DNA of 64,000 nucleotides from Setoptus koraiensis (Eukaryota; Animalia; Arthropoda): NCBI GenBank assembly GCA_048013815.1, contig CM106585.1, positions 10,106,001 to 10,170,000 of the forward strand, read 5' to 3'. Shown piece by piece: positions 59,901 to 64,000 of this stretch (position 1 is its first letter; each line of letters starts with the position of its first letter). The notes under the pieces were generated by a model. It saw only the letters and a program-made list of their open reading frames with translations, ran no database searches and was not told where the DNA came from. The position numbers and the translations under genes were made by a program.

Positions 59901-62900
59901 AATGCTGCTGTTGCCAACGACAACCACTCTCCTCCGAGTTCGTGATCTCGATATAACTAGTCGCCCGATGCAACCAACATGGCAACGTCTGGTCTACTAC
60001 AGATGTAGTTACTTACTGTGATTACTACCACTGCTACCACTACCTGCCATTGCTTGTGTGTAAGTTATAATATATTATTTTTCTTCAATGATTGCGCAAT
60101 ATCTTTCCAAGTGGCAAAGAGTAGTAGTATTCAACGGTCCAATGTGTGGTCCTCTATGCCAAAATCATTATTAGTATTATTACTATTGCTATCATTGTAA
60201 TACTACTGTCTCGGTATTCTTTGCTACACTCATACATGCACACACAACAAAAAATATCTCTACATGTTGGCCCAATAATTCACCTATATCGAGCTCAGAT
60301 TGAACAATTGAGAAAGACTTCCCGCCGACACTCACATAAGCATTGTGTGACTACTAGGCTGGTAAGCTTATATCTCTATGATGACACGATCTCTAATGAG
60401 CAATATCTACATATACACGCCAGTGGCTAGATACAAGCTATGGAGTGATGTTGTTGTTGCTGTTTTGTTTTGCTTGGCATTCTGCCATTGTTGTTGCTTA
60501 CTATAAAAGGCAGGGGCAGCAGCAAAATGACAGCTAGTAACCATCGTCAGCGGGATAATATGAGATAGTTGTGGTCTTTGTATGTTGCACACTGGCAAAC
60601 AGTAGAACAGAGTGCATTTAAATGATGTAAAAAAATCGTGTACATCATTCACAGCGGGCGGCTTATTTGCTCAGATCATTTTAAAATCTGATATCCCACA
60701 CAAACAAATACACACACACACACACACACACACTTACAACCAAAGTGTTCAACTGTCGCTCAAGGATAGGCAATAGATATATTGAGTTATGTATAGCATA
60801 GCTTGCCAACGACGATTCTTTTCCATACATCTTGCCAGCGAGCTTGGAACAATTTCAAGTGTTGCTCTACACACGAAGTTTCTCTCTGTCTTTCTAAAAA
60901 CTCTCTGATCGACTAGATTGAGATTCCGCGATCATAATTAGCTGTATTGCACATAAGATAGTAGTAGTGGTAGTCTAGCTAAACGACTATAGTGGTGCCA
61001 CTAAAATGATCTTCAATGTTAAAGCATATTTTAGATACTATCATGGCACACAAATAGATATAGGCTGCGTCGGCATGTCAATATGTAAGTAAGTGTGCGC
61101 TCACATAATGGCAAGACAAGTCACGAGCTGAGGCAAGTCAACTTAACTCTTCTCCACTTGAGGTCTAACCAAAAAGCTTTGTTGTTATCAATCGTCAACT
61201 CTCATGTATCGCCGTCGACAGGTGTTGGCTGATATTGGATGCTCTAGTCAGTGTGAGCCACCAGTACTGGTGGTTCTAGACAGCTAAAATACTGTCTCGA
61301 GTTTCGATACATGATGAGTTGTTGTTATGTGCTGCTATCCATAGAGAAAGGTCTGTGGGTATATAAAAACATAGCGAGGTTAAAAATTGTGATTCACTAG
61401 ACTATTGCGCTAATGGCTGTCCGTCCAACTTGACGTCTAGGCAGCCATGTTTCGACTACCGCATTCCTTTTCGAATCAAAACAATGTCTTCTGGCCATTC
61501 CTTATATTGAGAGAGACATGCTGTATAAGTGTGCGGTGTTTTAAATTCTATCTTGCATATCTAGCAGACCAGCAGCTTAATTTAGTTGAACAAGTCGAGT
61601 TGAATTGGTGAGCCTGGCCGAACTAAGGTGAGAGATTCTATTACATTTTGTTTTATAATTTACACAGTCGAATTGAACAGTTTAAATGAGCGCACACTTT
61701 CAACTATTGCTGACATAAAGATAAGATAAAAATGAGAGAAAAGATACTTCATCGTTCTCTTCTGTCCTTCTTGTCAAATACATTTATGGCTGACGCACCA
61801 ACGGCACCACTGCTTAGTGCAGTCTGGTAGGTTGTATGATAGCGGCTTCTAAAGAATCACCTTCACGATATAATTACATGTAATGATACACTGGGCCATC
61901 CATCACGCCAGTAGTTATATATCAGTGAGTATCTATCATTTTGTACATTTTGTAAGGCAACACTCATTGTATGATGAGCACACAACAAAACAATGAAAGT
62001 TATCTTCTTTGTTATGTATATCTGTTATAAGATCGAAGGCGCAATGACATGATATTATACGAACAATGCAATTTTGCGCCTTACGACTCGCGTGCCAGAG
62101 GGCTCAAAATTCAGCCTGGCATATCGCTTCCAAATTTTCGGGCAGCCAAGTTTTGTAGACAAACTTGTCGACCACTGGGCAACAACCAGAAGCCGATCAC
62201 ATTGGCGTGTTGAATGTTCTGATCTTGTGGCAGACACACACATTCTCTTTAGGATATACAGGGATGGTTAATGTATCGATTGATATTGATTTTGGTTTGC
62301 AGTTTAGCCGCAGCGTTCAGCAACCCACCAGAATCTTTATACTTCTTCTTGCTAACGAGGTGTGGCAAATTTAAGCAGAATAGAGATGATAGGAGCCACT
62401 GGTTTGTCACACCTAAATTCTGATCAATCACTACCAGTTGATTCGATTTGAGTCTCTTATATTGATGACTACAGTAAATTGTCTTTGATTTCTGTTACGG
62501 ATATCAGTCGTGAAAGTCGATGATAGTTTTGCTGATCGCGCGTTGCCAGCGTTTAATCATGATCAGCCAAGTTGACTCAGAGACAGCCACCAGTTAGTAA
62601 ATACTCTAACTATTAGTAAACAGTTATAGCTGTCTCTAATCAACACATCAAACTAATTGCTGACTGTTTATGCCTAAAATGACTATGGCATGGGTGGGTT
62701 CATGAAAGGTAAGGTTGATTGTGGTTCTCACACAGTCATCTTTGCTTTGCCTGATCTTGTTAGTTGCTAGCAATTTGAAGCAGCCATTTAGTGAATCTGG
62801 GAGCGCATTTAGTAAACCAAACAGGATCACTCAACCAGTTTTCGTTTATGATGATCAATAGGTGATGAATGAAGCTCCAACTATGTTGGGTGACACCACT

Positions 62901-64000
62901 AATGAATCAACTGAGGGTCTGTCCTTCAACTTTAAACGATTTAGGAGATTCGTTAGGTTCACTGCTGGCGACCACTTTTAGCTATATCAAGTTGGTTAAA
63001 GGTGTGTGTGTGTATGCGTGTGCTCAATTATGCCGCTTTCACAATTGTTCACCACACTCACCCAAAATTCACGGAGATTGGCATTTTGTTGTTGTGATCG
63101 TTGATCACTGGCGAACGTCTTCTCCCCGCTATTACCGTGGTAATTTCAACTGTAATTTATAGTGGATAATGGTTATCATCTATAAATTACAGTTGAACAT
63201 CTAAAACAACACACATCCCATCACTAAAAGCGTGAATAATAATGAATTCATTGTAAGTACATCTATTGGTCGCTAGTGTCACTTGTGAACTTGTATCATT
63301 ATTATGGGACACATCTACTAAGGTTTGAGTTTATCTGCTTGTTAGCTTGCTGTCAATTCGACTATGATTTATCAATCGTGTAGGTTGGTGTGTGCACCTG
63401 GGAGTTGTGTATTGTTGTAGTGAAGCGCGCTTATTCGGCCAATATGTCCTAATTGATTGGTGGACCGATGCATGCTTCACGCATCAATTTACTAACGGTC
63501 ACAGATAGACATGGCACACTAGAACGGTAGTACACTCTTGATTCGAACAATTGGTAAAATTTGAAATAAACAGCTAGAAATAGATGAACGTGTGCTGCCG
63601 AATTGCTGAACAGCAGCACCGTGGAGCTGCAACAACAGCTCGAGTCTCGTCTAGACTTTTGCGAAAGACTTTGCCACCATTTAACTCACTGTTGCTCATG
63701 CATAATTGCTGCACAATTGTTGTTATATGGCACTGACCAAAGATCAATAATCGGATAATACTAATCGAGTGTCGGTGATCCAGTTATAAATAGTCGGCTA
63801 GCTAAGCGTAATTTTGAGAACGATTTGCATAAATGTGTCTATGGGTCCATCCGCAGATTCGGTTTCACCTTGCAAAAGTTGAGAATAAAAAGTGAGCGAT
63901 CCAGTTGCTCCCATCGCCACTCAATGTAAATAACTTGTGTCTATAAGGCATAATAAGGCAGATAGAGTCTGCAATGATAATGTAATAATAGTGATAGTAA

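Noticed and set aside
57000-64000. Upstream homeodomain and paired-box exons of the Pax3/7 gene, and the many short ORFs here
   Set aside because: No RRSRTTF, YPD or paired-box motif was found by eye. The ORFs are low-complexity and the region is probably intronic.

Overview
Eukaryotic, animal DNA with compact, intron-poor genes, short introns and abundant (CAA)n/(TG)n low complexity. The gene content points to an arthropod. A miniaturised mite genome such as an eriophyoid is my inference and was not tested. 1-9.5 kb is microsatellite-rich with weakly supported exons. 10-17 kb holds AGTRAP-like, NEPRO/DUF4477-like, GMP reductase and IP3 3-kinase genes. The standout is 16-36.6 kb: a heavily rearranged cluster of 8 intact copies, 1 truncated copy and 1 promoter remnant of an intronless secreted prepropeptide gene that I do not recognise. 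The copies share a near-invariant signal peptide (MSKLLSIIVLLAVIVMAINLSEHQVSC) followed by hypervariable Gln-initiated peptides bounded by furin-type R-x-K/R-R sites, many with Gly amide donors. Most copies sit in head-to-head pairs or their remnants. The cluster also contains a 4.9-kb palindrome, inverted-repeat-flanked copies, a TA-flanked MITE, a GC-rich insert and captured fragments of the IP3K and lachesin genes. A TIL-domain inhibitor and a saccharopine-dehydrogenase-like gene with a GC-AG intron are interleaved. 37-48.5 kb holds lachesin, Dim1, glyoxalase II, CDC50 and several orphan secreted or membrane ORFs. 52-57 kb holds the 3' exons of a Pax3/7-class homeobox gene, whose upstream exons I could not find. 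No CRISPR, rRNA or tRNA was recognised. All family assignments come from remembered motifs, and no searches were run.
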